A stretch of 63,909 nucleotides of DNA, counting the filler, from Platydemus manokwari (taxonomy: Eukaryota): NCBI GenBank assembly GCA_037951405.1. It is 5 parts of 5 records of this genome, joined end to end, with 100 filler letters (N's around TTAATTAATTAA, not from the genome) between each part and the next. Parts side by side here need not be neighbours in the genome. Positions count along the whole stretch, not along the records: positions 1 to 17,553 come from JBBMOY010977750.1; positions 17,654 to 27,684 come from JBBMOY011177100.1; 3 more parts are not named here. One strand, 5' to 3'. Below are positions 12,315-25,989 of this stretch, piece after piece (the stretch's first letter is position 1; each line of letters opens with the position of its first letter). A program made the translations under genes and the position numbers. The notes under the pieces were generated by a model that was given only the letters and a program-made list of their open reading frames with translations, ran no database searches and was not told the origin of the DNA.

Positions 12315-12455
12315 CAAATATTTGCGAATAATAAAATTCATAGTGTAGACTTAGTTGTAATGTCAAAAATTTTCACTCAATGTCATAATTTTATTTTGAT
12401 TGTTATTGATTTGCATACAAAATATAGTTAGTGTATTCCCTTAAAAGATAAAAAA
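12315..12455 (+). mobile_element. Polinton/Maverick-type integrase remnant
   Basis: Reads NNKIHSVDLVVMSKIFTQCHNFILIVIDLHTKYS*CIPLKDKK, matching the Polinton integrase pattern IWSADLVDM...YLLTVIDVFSKYAWAVPLKDK. Confidence 0.6.
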
Positions 12456-12719
12456 GACATTAGGATCACAATCTCAAACCCAATTCTCCAACCAAAGCCT
12501 CAATGGCATCACAAAAAACCTCAATTCAGACCTAATTTTAAACTGAGCATTAATGCCTTATGTGATCAATTTTGAGTGACTTTACGTTGATTTTTATTTT
12601 AAGACTTTTTATGTGGAAAATTTTTTAATTTTATTTTTATAAACAAATGATTGTTTTGTGAACACATTGATGTACTCAATTTTGTTTTGAATATTAAATG
12701 AAATTATAAAATTATAATA

Positions 12720-13500
12720 AATTTTTTGAAAAAATATAATAAATTGGCGAAATTATTATGTTGAATAAAATTATATTTTTGAAAGTAATAATAATAAAAC
12801 AAATTATAATAAAAAAGTGTAGGCAAAATTTATAATATGGGGGAAAATAAAAATTGAAATTATTAATGTAGGCGAATTTATGATTAAATAAAATTAATTA
12901 TCAGAATTGGAAAGATAAAATAATTTTATAATCCATAAGGAAAAAGAAAATAATAAAAATTAGATTATTCATAATCAGCATAGGAAAAATAGTGTATAAA
13001 CAAAATAATTCTGATGGAATCCTGCTGACGAAATTCCGATAAAAATATTTATTGAATTATTGAATCTCGATAAATCAAAAGGTAAATAAATCTAATTTTA
13101 GGGATAAAGCATTCACGATGTTTAAAATCTATTATATTTAAAATTTATATATCAACACAGAGGATGTTCGATATCAGAGTCTTCCCTCGTTGACCGTTGT
13201 TTTTTAAAATGCGTGTCTCAGTGAACTGTGATTTCGAATTATTAGGAAATTAAGTTTGATTGAGTTTTTTCTTAAAGTTGGGAATAAAATAGATAATAGT
13301 ATTATATTAAATAATTTTTTACATTCTGATAAACTTGAATAGAAGATATTGATATAATCTCTGTTCTTATTTTGATTATAATTCGTGACCTCGCGTTCCA
13401 ACCGGTACAACAGGACTCACATTAAAAATAAAATATAAAACACAGCCCCAACAATACAGAGACTAAATAATAATATCATTTATATCCTTAATTTTATTTA
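12720..13500 (-). pseudogene. Degenerate multipass membrane protein, family-B (secretin/adhesion) GPCR-like
   Basis: SSLS...NIILLSILFPTLRK...NFLIIRNHSSL (TM1-TM2-like) and IILFIHYFSYA (TM3 LHYF-like), with further hydrophobic segments, stops and frameshifts. Confidence 0.3.
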
Positions 13501-13727
13501 TCGAATACAAGGAAAATTATCTCTATATCAAGCAATCCGTTATTTAATTTTATTTTTGCGGAATTACTGGTATCTGCCTTTCCATCATTTTATTCTGAAA
13601 ATTGAATAACAAGATATAAAATTTAGTAAAAAATACCAATTTAAACAAATTCTTTACAATCCATTGCAGTTCGTGTCGTAGTTTAAATATATTCGCATTA
13701 AACTACTGCAGTGTCCCAAGGTATTTT

Positions 13728-13849
13728 TTCCAAAAACCATATTTTCTAAAAATCTGAAATTATGTAAATATGTTCCTTTATTTATTTGCAGCACATATAG
13801 TTCAGTTATACAAAAATATTTTCACTGGCCAAAAGTCGTATTAAAAGGG
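13728..13849 (+). mobile_element. piggyBac-family MITE, right part (copy 1)
   Basis: ~100 bp nearly identical to 48815-48911. Ends in AAAGGG|TTAA (13850-13853). Confidence 0.7.
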
Positions 13850-14374
13850 TTAAATCCAAAATTTGATGATGCCCATGATATCCCAAGAAACTTTTTATAA
13901 AACCGTAGAATCGATTTGCAAATCTAAAGTTTTTTGAGTCCAGGTGATAGTGTCAGCGTTATTATGGAATGGACTCACTATGTTTTGGGATTTCCATCGT
14001 ATTTTAATCAGGAAATTCCTTTCCATATTTACAAATGTATTTTACTCTGTACTGTTGTGATCTTTATAATTAACACCTTGTCGTTACTTTTGATTTCATT
14101 TAAATCGAAGCGAAAATAATGACGAAAATTCATTTACTAAATATCAAACAGCTAATAAACATTTTAAAAAGATAATTTATTATTAATGTAAATACATAGA
14201 TAACTACTTAACAATCGCGAATTATACAACACAATTACATATTCCTAATGCAAATCATATGAACATTTACAACAATCAATTTCCAGAGAAAAATGTAACG
14301 TTTGAAATGTACAAAATCGAAATGTATTAAATAAAACAATGACATATGCATCTATAATACAAAGAAAAAATATT

Positions 14375-14933
14375 TTAAACACCAACGGTAACATTCGCAG
14401 TTACTATTCTAATATCATGAATTGGCTTCTCATTATTGTCGGTTTCAACTAAACCCATTTGCTTAACAACTATCATTCCAGATGCAACTCTTCCAAATAT
14501 AGTATGCTGATTATCTAACCACGGAGTAGGCACTAATGAAATGAAAAACTGAGACCCGTTTGTATTAGGTCCTGAATTAGCCATTGATAAAATACCAGCT
14601 CCAGTGTGTTTAAGTTCCGGGTGGAATTCATCATCAAAATAATGACCATATATAGATGCTCCACCATTACCAACTCCAGTCGGATCTCCTCCTTGTATCA
14701 TAAAATCACGTACAACACGATGGAAAAGTGTATTATTATAATATCCTCGTTTTGCTAACTGATAAAAATTATTACAAGTATTCGGGGCATGATTCCAATA
14801 TAACTCAACAACAATCACACCTAGGCTGAATTTTAAAAATATGATAATAAATTATAAAAAATGGAACTTACGATGTATTAAGGGTAATAAAAGGTGGTCT
14901 TTCGGAAGATTTTACAATTTTTAAATTAGTCAT
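14375..14933 (-). CDS. PPIL1: Peptidyl-prolyl cis-trans isomerase-like 1 (spliceosomal cyclophilin); exons 14933-14872, 14825-14375; 170 aa
   Basis: NTSLGVIVVELYWNHAPNTC...FHRVVRDFMIQGGDPTG.G.GGASIYG...HPELKHTGAGILSMANSGPNTNGSQFF. One 46-nt intron. Confidence 0.95.
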
Positions 14934-15954
14934 TTTTTTCTAAATAAGTTGAATATATAAACAAATTAATGCAATCTGAAAATTTTTACAAAATCAATTT
15001 ATTAATTGAAATTCTTTTTAATTTAATGAAAATTAAATAAAAATAATACTATTTTATAAAGTAGTTAAGATAATTTTAAAATTTATATTTTATTACGTAT
15101 TTTATAATTGTAAAGTTAAGATTTATTTAAAATTTTCAAACGTGCCTATATTTTTCATTTTACGGATATAATACTAGACAATTTTATCAAAAAAGGACCA
15201 CAATTCGAATTCAAGAATTTCGATATTGAAGAAACACATTCAATACTGACGAACAAAAAGCGATAAATCGGATAATTTTATTTAATTAGCAACCACGATT
15301 GAAAGAATATATTCAATTAAATGCTCATTTAAAAACTAAAGGCACATATAACTTTGAAAAAGTTATCTAGAAATTAATGACCAAAGTAAAAACAAAAAGA
15401 GATATATCAGCAACTCCCGGTAGTGGAAATGGAGCACATACAAAACTTATGGACCTCAAAAAGGTAGATATAAAAGTGATAAATCCATCAGACGAATAAT
15501 GGGAAATGTATGACAAGATGAACATTATACTGAGGAAGAAGTAAATACTGCAAAGCAGATGATAAAAATGCGTGAGAAGTTATTTGTTGAAAAATTAACA
15601 AGCAAAACGAATCAGATCCGAACAACAAAACAAGATTTCCACAACTAACAACGCAGAAATTCTCGACGATATCAAGAATGTCACAGAACTATACCAATCA
15701 CTGTGCTATATTATTACGAGTGGGACAATGAAAAATGATTATATGAAGCCACAAATTTCATGCTTGTTAGCCACTACTATTTTAAAAACCACACATTAAA
15801 AACAAATTGAAAAGTCAAGACAAAATAATTCTAATTTTACATTAATTGAACTTTTTATAAAATTAGAATTACACCTGAATAAAATTTGAATAAAAAGATG
15901 AATTAAAATTGTTTTGAATTAAATTGAAATTTAATTCATAATAAATATCTCACA

Positions 15955-16623
15955 ATGCTTATGCCACAGGAAAAAAAATTACGAAAATGGCTTTACAAAG
16001 CTCTGAAGGACCTTGGCATAATTTACACACAATTTAACGTAACGTATGATGGGATAAAAATACAAGACAATGATTATTTAATAGGCAACGGAATGTTAGA
16101 GATACATGACAATTTTGTTGAGGTGCAATTGTTGACAGATGAATCAGATGACTTACCAATGACCGAAAATGTTTTTCCAATTGTCAACCTGCAAGTAATA
16201 GCAATAAATGATGTAACATCGGAAGAACAAGAAAGATATTTTGAAATACCAGTACTAGCGGAAATGGATTCGCTCATGAAATGGTTGCATGTCAAGTGGC
16301 CATTTAATCAGTTAAAACCAAATGAAATCAAAATCACATGTAAAGGGAAGAAAGTAGAGAATGAGCCAGAGTTAATCAATAATTTTTCTACAATGTGGTC
16401 TAATGAATCACATGTTTGGCTAAAATCTGCCAAGCAATATCAAATCCAAACGATGACGAATACGTACCGAGTTGATCTGGATGATCACAATTATATTGAA
16501 ACTGGAGAAAAAGGAGAAACACTAACTAATAGTCTTTTGGGCCATTGGAATCGAGAGATAACCCAAGATCGCAAAGAGGAGATGGAAACGACCGAAAGGA
16601 TAGATAAGAAATCCGAACGATAG
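15955..16623 (+). CDS. Intronless 222-aa ORF with two putative SUMO/ubiquitin-like domains
   Basis: Long open frame in AT-rich DNA. KKLRKWL...FNVTYDGIKIQDND resembles SUMO (LxKLM...FRFDGQPINETD). EIKITCKGKKVENE resembles the Ubl LIFxGKxLED strand. Confidence 0.5.
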   Translation: MLMPQEKKLRKWLYKALKDLGIIYTQFNVTYDGIKIQDNDYLIGNGMLEIHDNFVEVQLLTDESDDLPMTENVFPIVNLQVIAINDVTSEEQERYFEIPVLAEMDSLMKWLHVKWPFNQLKPNEIKITCKGKKVENEPELINNFSTMWSNESHVWLKSAKQYQIQTMTNTYRVDLDDHNYIETGEKGETLTNSLLGHWNREITQDRKEEMETTERIDKKSER

Positions 16624-17553
16624 AGCCAGTTAAATGCGATCAATGGACCACAACCAAAAGACCAAGAGGTAAACCGCCAAAGGTATCGGGAAATAGAAAA
16701 TACAACCAATTCTAATTCCAACTAATAACATCAATAATAATAGCAATGAAAATGTCTTAAATTGAATATATTAATTCACGATTTAAGGTTGGTGTGTTTC
16801 AGTTATGGATTTTCGATTTTTAATGTGCGATTTTGTAAATTATAGCTGATATTCTGTTTATCATTGATAGATTATTAGATTGGATTAGTGTGAACACGTT
16901 TGTTTGATATGGCATTCACCGTCTGTGTTTCCAATTGAAGCACAAATTGAAAAACAACGAATTGCAATAACAAATATCGAAGTCTGAACAATAAAAGTAG
17001 ATTTCGTCAATTAGTTCAGATTACTTTAAAAATATGAGCTTTCTGTTCCTGAAATAAAGTGAAGCGAATTTCAAAATTTTACTTAAATGAATGAAATGAA
17101 TGAAATAACATACTTTTGAAAAATTTGTATGAAAATATAATTTTGGGTTGAACTTCTCAATTGGTTCTCAAAACTTATTCAATGAAATGATATCCGGTAA
17201 TGAGACCATCGCATATTGAGATTATACTCTGAGAATATCAGTCTAGAAAGGTATATAAGGCATAGATAGAAGACTTAGTTAAGGCAGATATAGTAAATAT
17301 AAATAAGTAAATAAAAGCAGATTAAATTTTTGGGAAAATAATGAAAAATTAAGCCATTTGAGAAGTGAAGAAAATCAATGAATTAAGGAATAAAAATGTG
17401 AGAATTTTATAGTTTCTATAAATGATTTTTAATAATTTTAGATAAAATAATAAGTAATAATAATCAATAAAATATGAAATATTTTTGAATAATTTGTTCG
17501 AATGTTTTGGTTAAAAATATATTTGTAGGTTGAACTTCTTTTTCTTTACTTAA

Positions 17554-17653
17554 NNNNNNNNNNNNNNNNNNNNNNNNNNNNNNNNNNNNNNNNNNNNTTA
17601 ATTAATTAANNNNNNNNNNNNNNNNNNNNNNNNNNNNNNNNNNNNNNNNNNNN
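17554..17653. other. Assembly linker N44-TTAATTAATTAA-N44
   Basis: Exactly 100 nt. The 12-mer has stop codons in all six frames. Confidence 0.97.
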
Positions 17654-17749
17654 TATTATATAAAGCACATATCATCACTTTGTATAAATATTTATAGAAT
17701 ATTAATATGAAAAATATAATATAGTGATGGATATCTTTATTAACCATGA

Positions 17750-18040
17750 TTATTAACCATTTTCTGTGTGTGTGCTAGCCATTCTGTTTTCCGATCTAAT
17801 GTTTTTTCTGCAAGAGTTGACAAGTTGATGACTAAAGTTACCGATGCATCGATAGTTATTTTCTATGACAGTACATATTTCATGATCATCCACAGAATGA
17901 TATTTCTTAAATCGATTTGATTTTTGGTTCTCCTGGTGCTTCTTTTCAGAAGAGAGACATAGTCAATCATGAAGTCTAAAAAATTAGCAGTATCTCCTTC
18001 ATACTGAAAGTTTCTGAGAGCTATCAAAGTTTCCATATGA
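17750..18040 (-). mobile_element. Gypsy gag N-terminal remnant
   Basis: METLIALRNFQYEGDTANFLDFMIDYVSLL, similar to the gag-like frame near 1800-1990. Confidence 0.35.
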
Positions 18041-18229
18041 AATCATGCAAATTCCAGGTTGGACTTGCAGTTGACCTGAGGATATTTGATTGTCCTACTT
18101 GTCTACTTGCATAAAACTAATTCTTTTTCAATTCAAAGCTCACCAAATAATTGCTGGCACTGAGGTCTGGATAACCAAATAATTACAAATAATTACAGAA
18201 CATAGTATCATAAAAATACAATAAAAAAT

Positions 18230-18970
18230 TGGCTTTCAAATGGCATTTAGTCATCTTTTCTTCGATATTTATACCCGAGATCTCTGCGCAGTTTTTTACT
18301 CACGTTTTTGATTTGATCCTTAATTTCTCATGTTACTATTGGACGTATTGGTTTTGGTATATACCGATCAATTCTATGTATGTGACTATGTTCCTTTTTA
18401 AAATTATTGTATTTAATCTAAGTCAGCTTTGTATGGTTGTGTTGGCATGCAAATATATAATGTGCTGAAACAACATTTCTAAGGTGCCAACCGTTTTCTT
18501 ATTTTTACAAGATATCGTGAGAGTATGTCTGCAATATTTGTATCACTTTTATATCATATTTTCACTTGATCTTTGAATTAATATGTTTATATTAGACGTC
18601 CTCCATTTTAGAAAGAGTTTTGGCACTCCTTAAATTTAGTAATGTTTTAGTTGAGCATCTATTATCCGGTTTTTAATCTTCCAACGACGTCTTTTCGTCT
18701 GATTTTATGTGCTTCAGATCTTAGAATTTTGATTTGAAGACATCCGTTTCTTCTTTAATAACCCCCACGACATCATCTATATTCTTGCAATTCAATTGCT
18801 TCATTCTAAATTAATAACATTTGTTAAGACCCATTTTTATGAAAATCTTTTGTGTAATTTGAATCGGATTTATTCTTAAGGATCTGTATAGTTTAATATA
18901 AACTTGATTTTCAAATTTCCAGGAATTTCCTAAATATCGGTGCATTCGTCAACTGTTGAAAAAAATAGTT
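18230..18970 (-). mobile_element. Heavily deleted Gypsy pol remnant (RT, RNase H end, integrase tail)
   Basis: FSTVDECTDI*EIP (RT FSTLD..Y.QIP), NIDDVV (YIDD) and NIADILSR (end of RNase H). The tail is homologous to 21280-21540, 29690-29835 and 40330-40560. Confidence 0.55.
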
Positions 18971-19127
18971 AGATTTGTTATCTTGTTGTTTTTTGATTAT
19001 TACATGTAAAATTGTTCATATCCTGGTACAGTTAGTTATTGCCAAACTTTTAACTCTAATTAGCTAATAAAAATGTTAATTATTTTATCGAAACATAAAA
19101 CAAATTTTATTTTAAAATTTAAATCAA

Positions 19128-19730
19128 ATGGAAAGTGAGAGAAGTCACAATCAATTTAAAAAGTATGATAGATTAACGATTTTAATCAACATTGATATTC
19201 ATACATCTTTAAATAATCCAAACCCATTGGACAATCACAATTATCGATAAATAATTTTTGTGTATTTGTAAAAATTGAGGTAATAATCTGCTCATGTAAA
19301 TCAAATCAAGAAGTTATTAATGAGTTAAGGATATTTCAGTACTATTTAAAATTAAGTAGTACAATTTAATGTAATTAAAATAATTCTTAATAAATCTATT
19401 TCATATAATTTGTTCTCACATCTTGCTTGAATTATAAAAGATTTTTCGTTCTGTTTGTGTTTGTCAATAATCATCAATAAGTATTTATTTGCGGTCATTA
19501 TTGTTTGCATATTATTGATGTGATATCATTTTGACGTGATTTTGATTACACATCAACAATTTGTAACATTTATATGAAAATTTATTATTTCATTTCTTGC
19601 GATTTCTATATCAGTTTATAAGAGATCGAACAATTTGTCGATGTCCCGACAGACAATATGATAATAAAATATTGTCTCTGAGTCACAATTAAAGTCGTTC
19701 TTTTAACTGATAATTCTTTTCTTCTGATTT
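19128..19730 (+). pseudogene. Degenerate cadherin-like fragment
   Basis: ILINIDIHTSLNNPNPLDNHNY and RDFDYTSTICNIYMKIYY...FYISL*EIEQFVDVP. Confidence 0.35.
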
Positions 19731-21065
19731 AGTTTATTAAATGAGAACCAAATATGCAGGCAGATAAATTTATTAATTCACAAATTGCTACTCATCACTG
19801 AAATATATTTCGTTTATATTAATCCGATTTCCAATTCAACCTATATTTTGCACATTACTTATAACCAGAAGTTTGCATGAGTTCCATGAAGAGTTTTCAT
19901 GATTTCAATTGAACTCATTGATTTATTTTGATGCAAATTGTCATTCCTTGTGTAAACGTAGTTGTGTAATAATGCGTTTTACCAAATTGAAATCTTCGCT
20001 GTATGTGGATTATAATTAAAAAACTAAAATAAATATGAAAAAATTAAAATACATAAAGAAGAAAGAAAAAATTAGAAAATAAATTATTATAATAAATATT
20101 AAAACAAAAATGCATAAGTATATATAAATTAATTTCTCACAAACGATGATTTTATTTCTAGAATAAGTAATCATGTGGAATTTTTTTGAATTTATTTTAA
20201 CATCAATGCGAATATTATTAATAAAAAATAACTAGAAAAATATTTAGGAATTTAGAAAATGAACGGTATTTCGATTTGAAACAGTGATGATGTTTGGATA
20301 TTTTGGTTTTTCCTGGCGAATTAATAACGTAATTTCAAAAACTACTTTTAATTTTAAGAATGAGAAAGAAATATATAGGTATTGTAAATAACATTTAACA
20401 CAAAAAGGATAAACTGGAAAGTAAATGAAATGAATAATATTTTCTTGTATTTGTTTAAGTAATTTAATAAATATTATTTAAAATGTTGTGTTACAAGAAT
20501 TTCAAATGATGATGGTTGAAACTTTTCAAATCTATAAGGGTGAAGATCCATTCCATTCTCACAAATAAGTTACTTCAGATCAAAATTATGTAATTATAAT
20601 CTATTTGTTTTGTATTTTATAATTTTCAGACCTTATTCTCGTCACATCTTTATTATTTAATAAAGAAACGTTAAATAAATTTATATCTATTTTTATTAAT
20701 AACTTCATAACAATTTATTTTTATTACATCATCATTATTTATATTGGGATAAATATATCCAATGTTAATATTTATTAGGAATGCAATCATATCCATATGT
20801 AATTTTTTAAAATATTATTATAAAATTCATACCTTAATATTTTACTCAATTCTAAAATTCAAAATCCTAAAATGCCTCTGATAAAAAAAATTCCAAAAAT
20901 ATATTTCAATGATTCCCGTTTTAAAGCCATAATATAGGGATATTAATTTGCACGATCAGGTTCTGAAATGGCAAAAATTTTAATATTTGAAAATTCTAGA
21001 AATCGTGTTTGTTCCGTTCCGTAGATGTACTGTAAGCAACACTACTTGTTCGTCATTCAATAAAA

Positions 21066-21540
21066 TTTGGATTTCGTTACTTCGACTTTGAGAAAAAATT
21101 GAAATTTATTTAATAATTGTCGAGTAAACGGTAACGATCGTTACTCTAATCACTAAACCTTTCAAAGTACATTCACAGTTATATAGTTGATTCATCATTG
21201 CTATTATTGAATACCCAACAATTGTGATAAAGCAAAGAAACGATATGGCATTTCAGGAACTCTTACGTTAGCTCTTTCTTGCCTACACAACCACTCAGGT
21301 ATAGCAGCTAACCAATCACAGCTGCTTTAAATGTGAAATTCTGATTTGAAAAATGGACATAGATACAAAGTAATACACGCAAAGAGATAGATAAGAATAC
21401 ACAAAATCAATAAATCCTATTGGGAATCGAGATATAAAAGATAAAATTCAAACATAAACAAAAAATTTAAAGAAAAATTCGAAAAGTGAATATTGAGGTA
21501 AACCTGCCCAATTGTCAATCGGAAGCCAATATTCAAATTC
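21066..21540 (+). mobile_element. Gypsy integrase remnant
   Basis: LDFVTS...LIIVE*TV and FLAYTTT (LAYRTT-like). DNA similarity to 40330-40530. Confidence 0.45.
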
Positions 21541-22093
21541 TTAATTATTTTAATAATTTCTTTGTAGAATTATTCGTGTTCTTACTAGTAAAGTCCGTTT
21601 TGGTTACATAGATGTTGTAACTTTCAGTAACGAGCACCGAAAATAAAATTGAAGACAATTTCGCAAATTATTATTGATTATTCATAACAAATTGAAATTA
21701 ACTAAACTAAACTAAAGTCCTTTCAATTCATGAACTTTCTAATGATAATTGACCTAGATATGATTAATAATAATGTTCATTGACAACCGTGTATGATTGA
21801 AATGAATTTCTTTCGAATACATAATAAACACTGTAATTTAACGAGATTAGAACAACTCGGATTTAAAAATCAATAGCCTGGTAGCAAATCTTCCTACGTT
21901 GGCGTTTAATAACCAATTAAACCAATCCAAATCATAAAAACGAAACACGTAATCTTGAAAAATTGTGCATTATTATGTTTATTATTTGTCGATATCGTAT
22001 TACAATTCATGTAATAAACCAACCGTATAAATATATGTAAACAAACCAATAACGGAAACATTAGTTCAACATTATAAACCATTCCAAATTGCA

Positions 22094-23642
22094 ATGGATA
22101 TTTTAAATGTAAATGATATCGGAAATTTCAAACAGTTGAAAATTATTGATTTAAAACAAAACAATGAATACATTGAAGCTCTGAAAACATGGGCACAATC
22201 AATGGATCATCTTCAATGTCCAATAAGTATTTATTATTTCCTTTTTATATCTCAACAGTTGATTAAGATGATCGAGAATTTTATATGAAGTTTCTAGAAG
22301 ATCCTAAATTCGATTTGCAAAAAGCTAAAAAAAGATTGGATAATTTCTGTACAATCAGATATTCCGTAAGAGGTTCTCCACAATTTTTCAAATACAATGA
22401 TATCGACAATGAGATGATTGAAAGATTTTTTAAATCACCGTAGAGATATAATCGATAAATAAAAAATGCTGATAAATTATTTGCGTTTAGAAATGTGACT
22501 TCACTTGGCAGAAATGAAGAAGGACAATCATTCATATTGTTGACACCAAGTAATACCATCAATGCATTTATAAAGGATTTGAATATAAGAAATCATAAAA
22601 TCATTATGTAAATATAATCAATTTGTTATTTTATTCACAGAAAACTGGGATCCTGATATCATTCCATTTGTTGAATGGACAAATCTTGTTTTCATGTTAT
22701 ACGATATTGTTTTTTATGAAGAACCCACAGAAATTCAAGGCATAAGTTTTATCGTTGATTTTACAAATGCTTCAGAAAAAGTGGCAAAAATGTGGACTGA
22801 TCCAAAATATGTCATGCAAATACAGAGAATTATACAAGTAACCTTATCATATTCGTATTGATATCTATAATATAGTTAATAAATTTAGGACGCGTATCCA
22901 TGGAGATTGAAATCAATAATTTTCTACAACGCCGATAAATTGTTTGCTTCCTTTTGTAAAACATGGTCTTTTTATGCTAATGGAATAATGAAAAACCACG
23001 TACATTATTATAATTGTTTGTTTAAACGATTGGATATTATTATGATCTTGATGCCTCATTATTTTTGATAAATATTATATTTGTTTTATACAGTAAAATA
23101 AACGATAAATAAAAAATTATCAATATTAAAACAACAACAATTAAAAGTGATAATAAAAATAAATAAATAACCATAACATTGAACAAAATACAAATTTAAA
23201 AAATATAATTTATAAACATATTAATCATTGATTTAACAAAACAAAGAGAATTTTCCCAATCTTGAATTTTAACTATCAAATAACTCATTCGAGAAACTGT
23301 TTGTTATTAATTTGTTAAAATTACAATTTCAGATTTTGATTTTCAAGGAAAACGAGTTGAATAAATTCAATGAAATTGATGGATTGAAAAATCTGTTACC
23401 ACCTGAATTAAGTGGACTCGGGAATACATTGCAAGCACATTCAGGTTATTTATATTCATCTATGTGTATTATCTGATTATTATATCAAAAATATAGAGAA
23501 ATGGAAAGCGAAATTTATTGATTTCTATAAGGATAGAAATCCTTGGGGATGTATTAGTGTTGATGAATCGAAACGTTCGGAAGAGACTTCAAATTATCTC
23601 ATCGAATATTTAGAATATGAAGGCATGACGGATGATGAGTAA
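22094..23642 (+). CDS. CRAL-TRIO lipid-binding protein (alpha-tocopherol transfer protein / clavesin-like); exons 22094-22226, 22268-22439, 22491-22549, 22641-22837, 22889-22999, 23333-23444, 23497-23642; 309 aa
   Basis: DREFYMKFLEDPKFDLQKAKKRLDNF (CRAL-TRIO N), NWDPD, IQGISFIVDF, QDAYPWRLKSI and LLPPELSG. All GT-AG junctions keep the frame. Confidence 0.88.
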
Positions 23643-24859
23643 CAAGATTGAAGTAAAATGAAAATATGTCAGTGGAGAATATTTAAGTCGACATCTGTTT
23701 TGTGATTGATATGTTTGTTTAATATGGGTGCTGATTGTTTTGTGTTTTCATTTCAAATCTATAAAAACAAATAAATTTTGGTGATGTTTTTAAAGTTATG
23801 AATAAAATCTTATCTAATAAAATCTTATCATTATTCTCTTATAAATTATTCCATTTAATTGTTCTTACAAAAATTAAAAAAAAGCATCAAATAAAAAATT
23901 ATAATTGTGCGCTTTAAAGGTTAAAGTCAAAACTCATAATTCTCAATGTGTAAAAATATATTTCATATTAAAGATTACTTAAACAAATAATCCTTTAATA
24001 ATTGATATAAAATTATTTTAACACATTTTAATGTTTTTAAATTTTGAGAGTTTAAAAAAAATTTCTAAACAGAATACATAAATATTATATATATATATAT
24101 AATATTTTTTGTAAGTATATATTTAAATATATATTTGTATATAAAATATTTTTTATGAATTATTGTTAAAACAATAAATTATTTTACAATCATTTAATAA
24201 TTTTAAAACAATTTAATTTAAATTTTAAGCCTCACATCCCCCTTTTTTTAAATCTTTGATTTTTTCAATATTTCATGTTAGTACTGCTCCTTTTTCATTT
24301 TGTAATCGATAGCTTCTTTCATGATTCATCCGAATCACTTTGTACGAGCCTCCATATCTTTCGTGATCCTTGTTCCTTATCTCTTTTTTTATTAGTACCT
24401 CATCTCCTTTGAAATTTCGTTTAGTTGTTGCTTTTCTGACGTCATTTTATTTTTCTTCCATGTTTTCTTTTACTCTTCTCTGTCTATTCTACTGTTTGTT
24501 TGCCACTGTAATATGTCTATCTTTTTCCCGATTATTACTTCCGCAGGACTGACTTTTAAGGTTCTTTTAATTTTGCAGAATTTCTGGTAACGTTGAAGTT
24601 CCTAGGTCCAGGTTTAATTCTTTTCTGATAATTTGAGACATTTCACTCATCAAAATTTTCTTTGACTCCTTTATTGCACAAATTTTTTACTTTTGATGAA
24701 TTGTAATTTCTGTTTTTTTCTATCCATATGGATACTCAATTTAAATAATTTAAAACTGTAAACAAACTTAATATTTAAACAACACTGATCCGAAACTTTT
24801 AAATCTTATTAAAAATTTAATTCATGAAACAGCTTTATGATTGAAGATCATGAATTTTT

Positions 24860-24967
24860 GGATTAATGAATCATATTTGTCTGGAAAAGTTCGAAAATTT
24901 ATGAAATAAATAACATTTATTAAGTTTTCGAATTATTGAAGTTTCGGATTAATGAGGGTTGACTGTA
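24860..24967. mobile_element. pogo/Tigger-type terminal inverted repeat (one end)
   Basis: ...TTCGGATTAATGAGGGTTGACTG|TA, with degenerate subterminal copies of TTCGRATTA. Partner end not found. Confidence 0.45.
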
Positions 24968-25989
24968 TTTAATTTTTTAGTGCCTTTAAAAGAAATATTT
25001 CAATACGAAATTGGTGTCATGTCAATTATTGTTTTTAATTCGGTTCACAATATCAATTATCATTACAATGCATTTGAATACAAGATAAACTATTTTTAAA
25101 ATTCCACCAGATGTTGGAGAAATTCCTGATATAAGTAAAAGTATATCAAAATTGTTGAAGTTCACAAGCTTAACCTTATTATCCAAGTATGTAATAATAT
25201 GTAGTAATAAAATTAAAATGTCAACTAATTACAAAATTAAATATGAAATTCATTATATTTGGATTTAAAAATGTTAAAATGAACTTCCTGAAATTCATTT
25301 ATTTGAAAATAACATAAACATCTGTGTGATTACATTAATAAATGTTCAATGTTCAATTGCACATAAAAGTTAAATATCTGATTAAAAAGTCCAATTGCAT
25401 TATTAATAATATGATTTAAATTTGAATATATTATTGATTATATGAAAATCATTACATTTTCATATTTAAAAATGTCTATGTTTAAAAATTTTGATAATTG
25501 TTTATTAAATAATATTAAATAATTTATGAAAGAATAAATATTAATGAATAATTCGCTGTTATAAAAATAAATTTAGCAAAAATAATTTAAAAATATAATA
25601 CTAGGACATCCAGATGATGAATCAGACGCAGTTAATAATCGTCGATAGGGTTTGCTAAACTTTCAAAGATGGAATTGAAATGTTTATTGAAAATAAGTTC
25701 AGAGAATATGCTTCTTTTAGGTTAGAATATATTAATAAAATATGGTAAACAAGAAGACCTTATTTTTAATACCATGAATAATATTTTTCAAAATATAAAC
25801 ACATTGGCTCATTAAACCAAACAATGTAGCTATATATATTGTCAATAATAATAATTATTAAGAATGCTAAAAATAATTTTTATATAAAATGATGTTTTTC
25901 GTCATATTTCTCGACATGAAAGCATGATTTTCAATTTTTTACGAATAATTTTATTTAACGAATTCAGGTAGTAAAGCTAATTCATAACC

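Noticed and set aside
24370-24552. Hydrophobic 60-aa ORF as a membrane protein
   Set aside because: It is a T-rich shadow of a purine-rich opposite strand, with no ATG start or motif.
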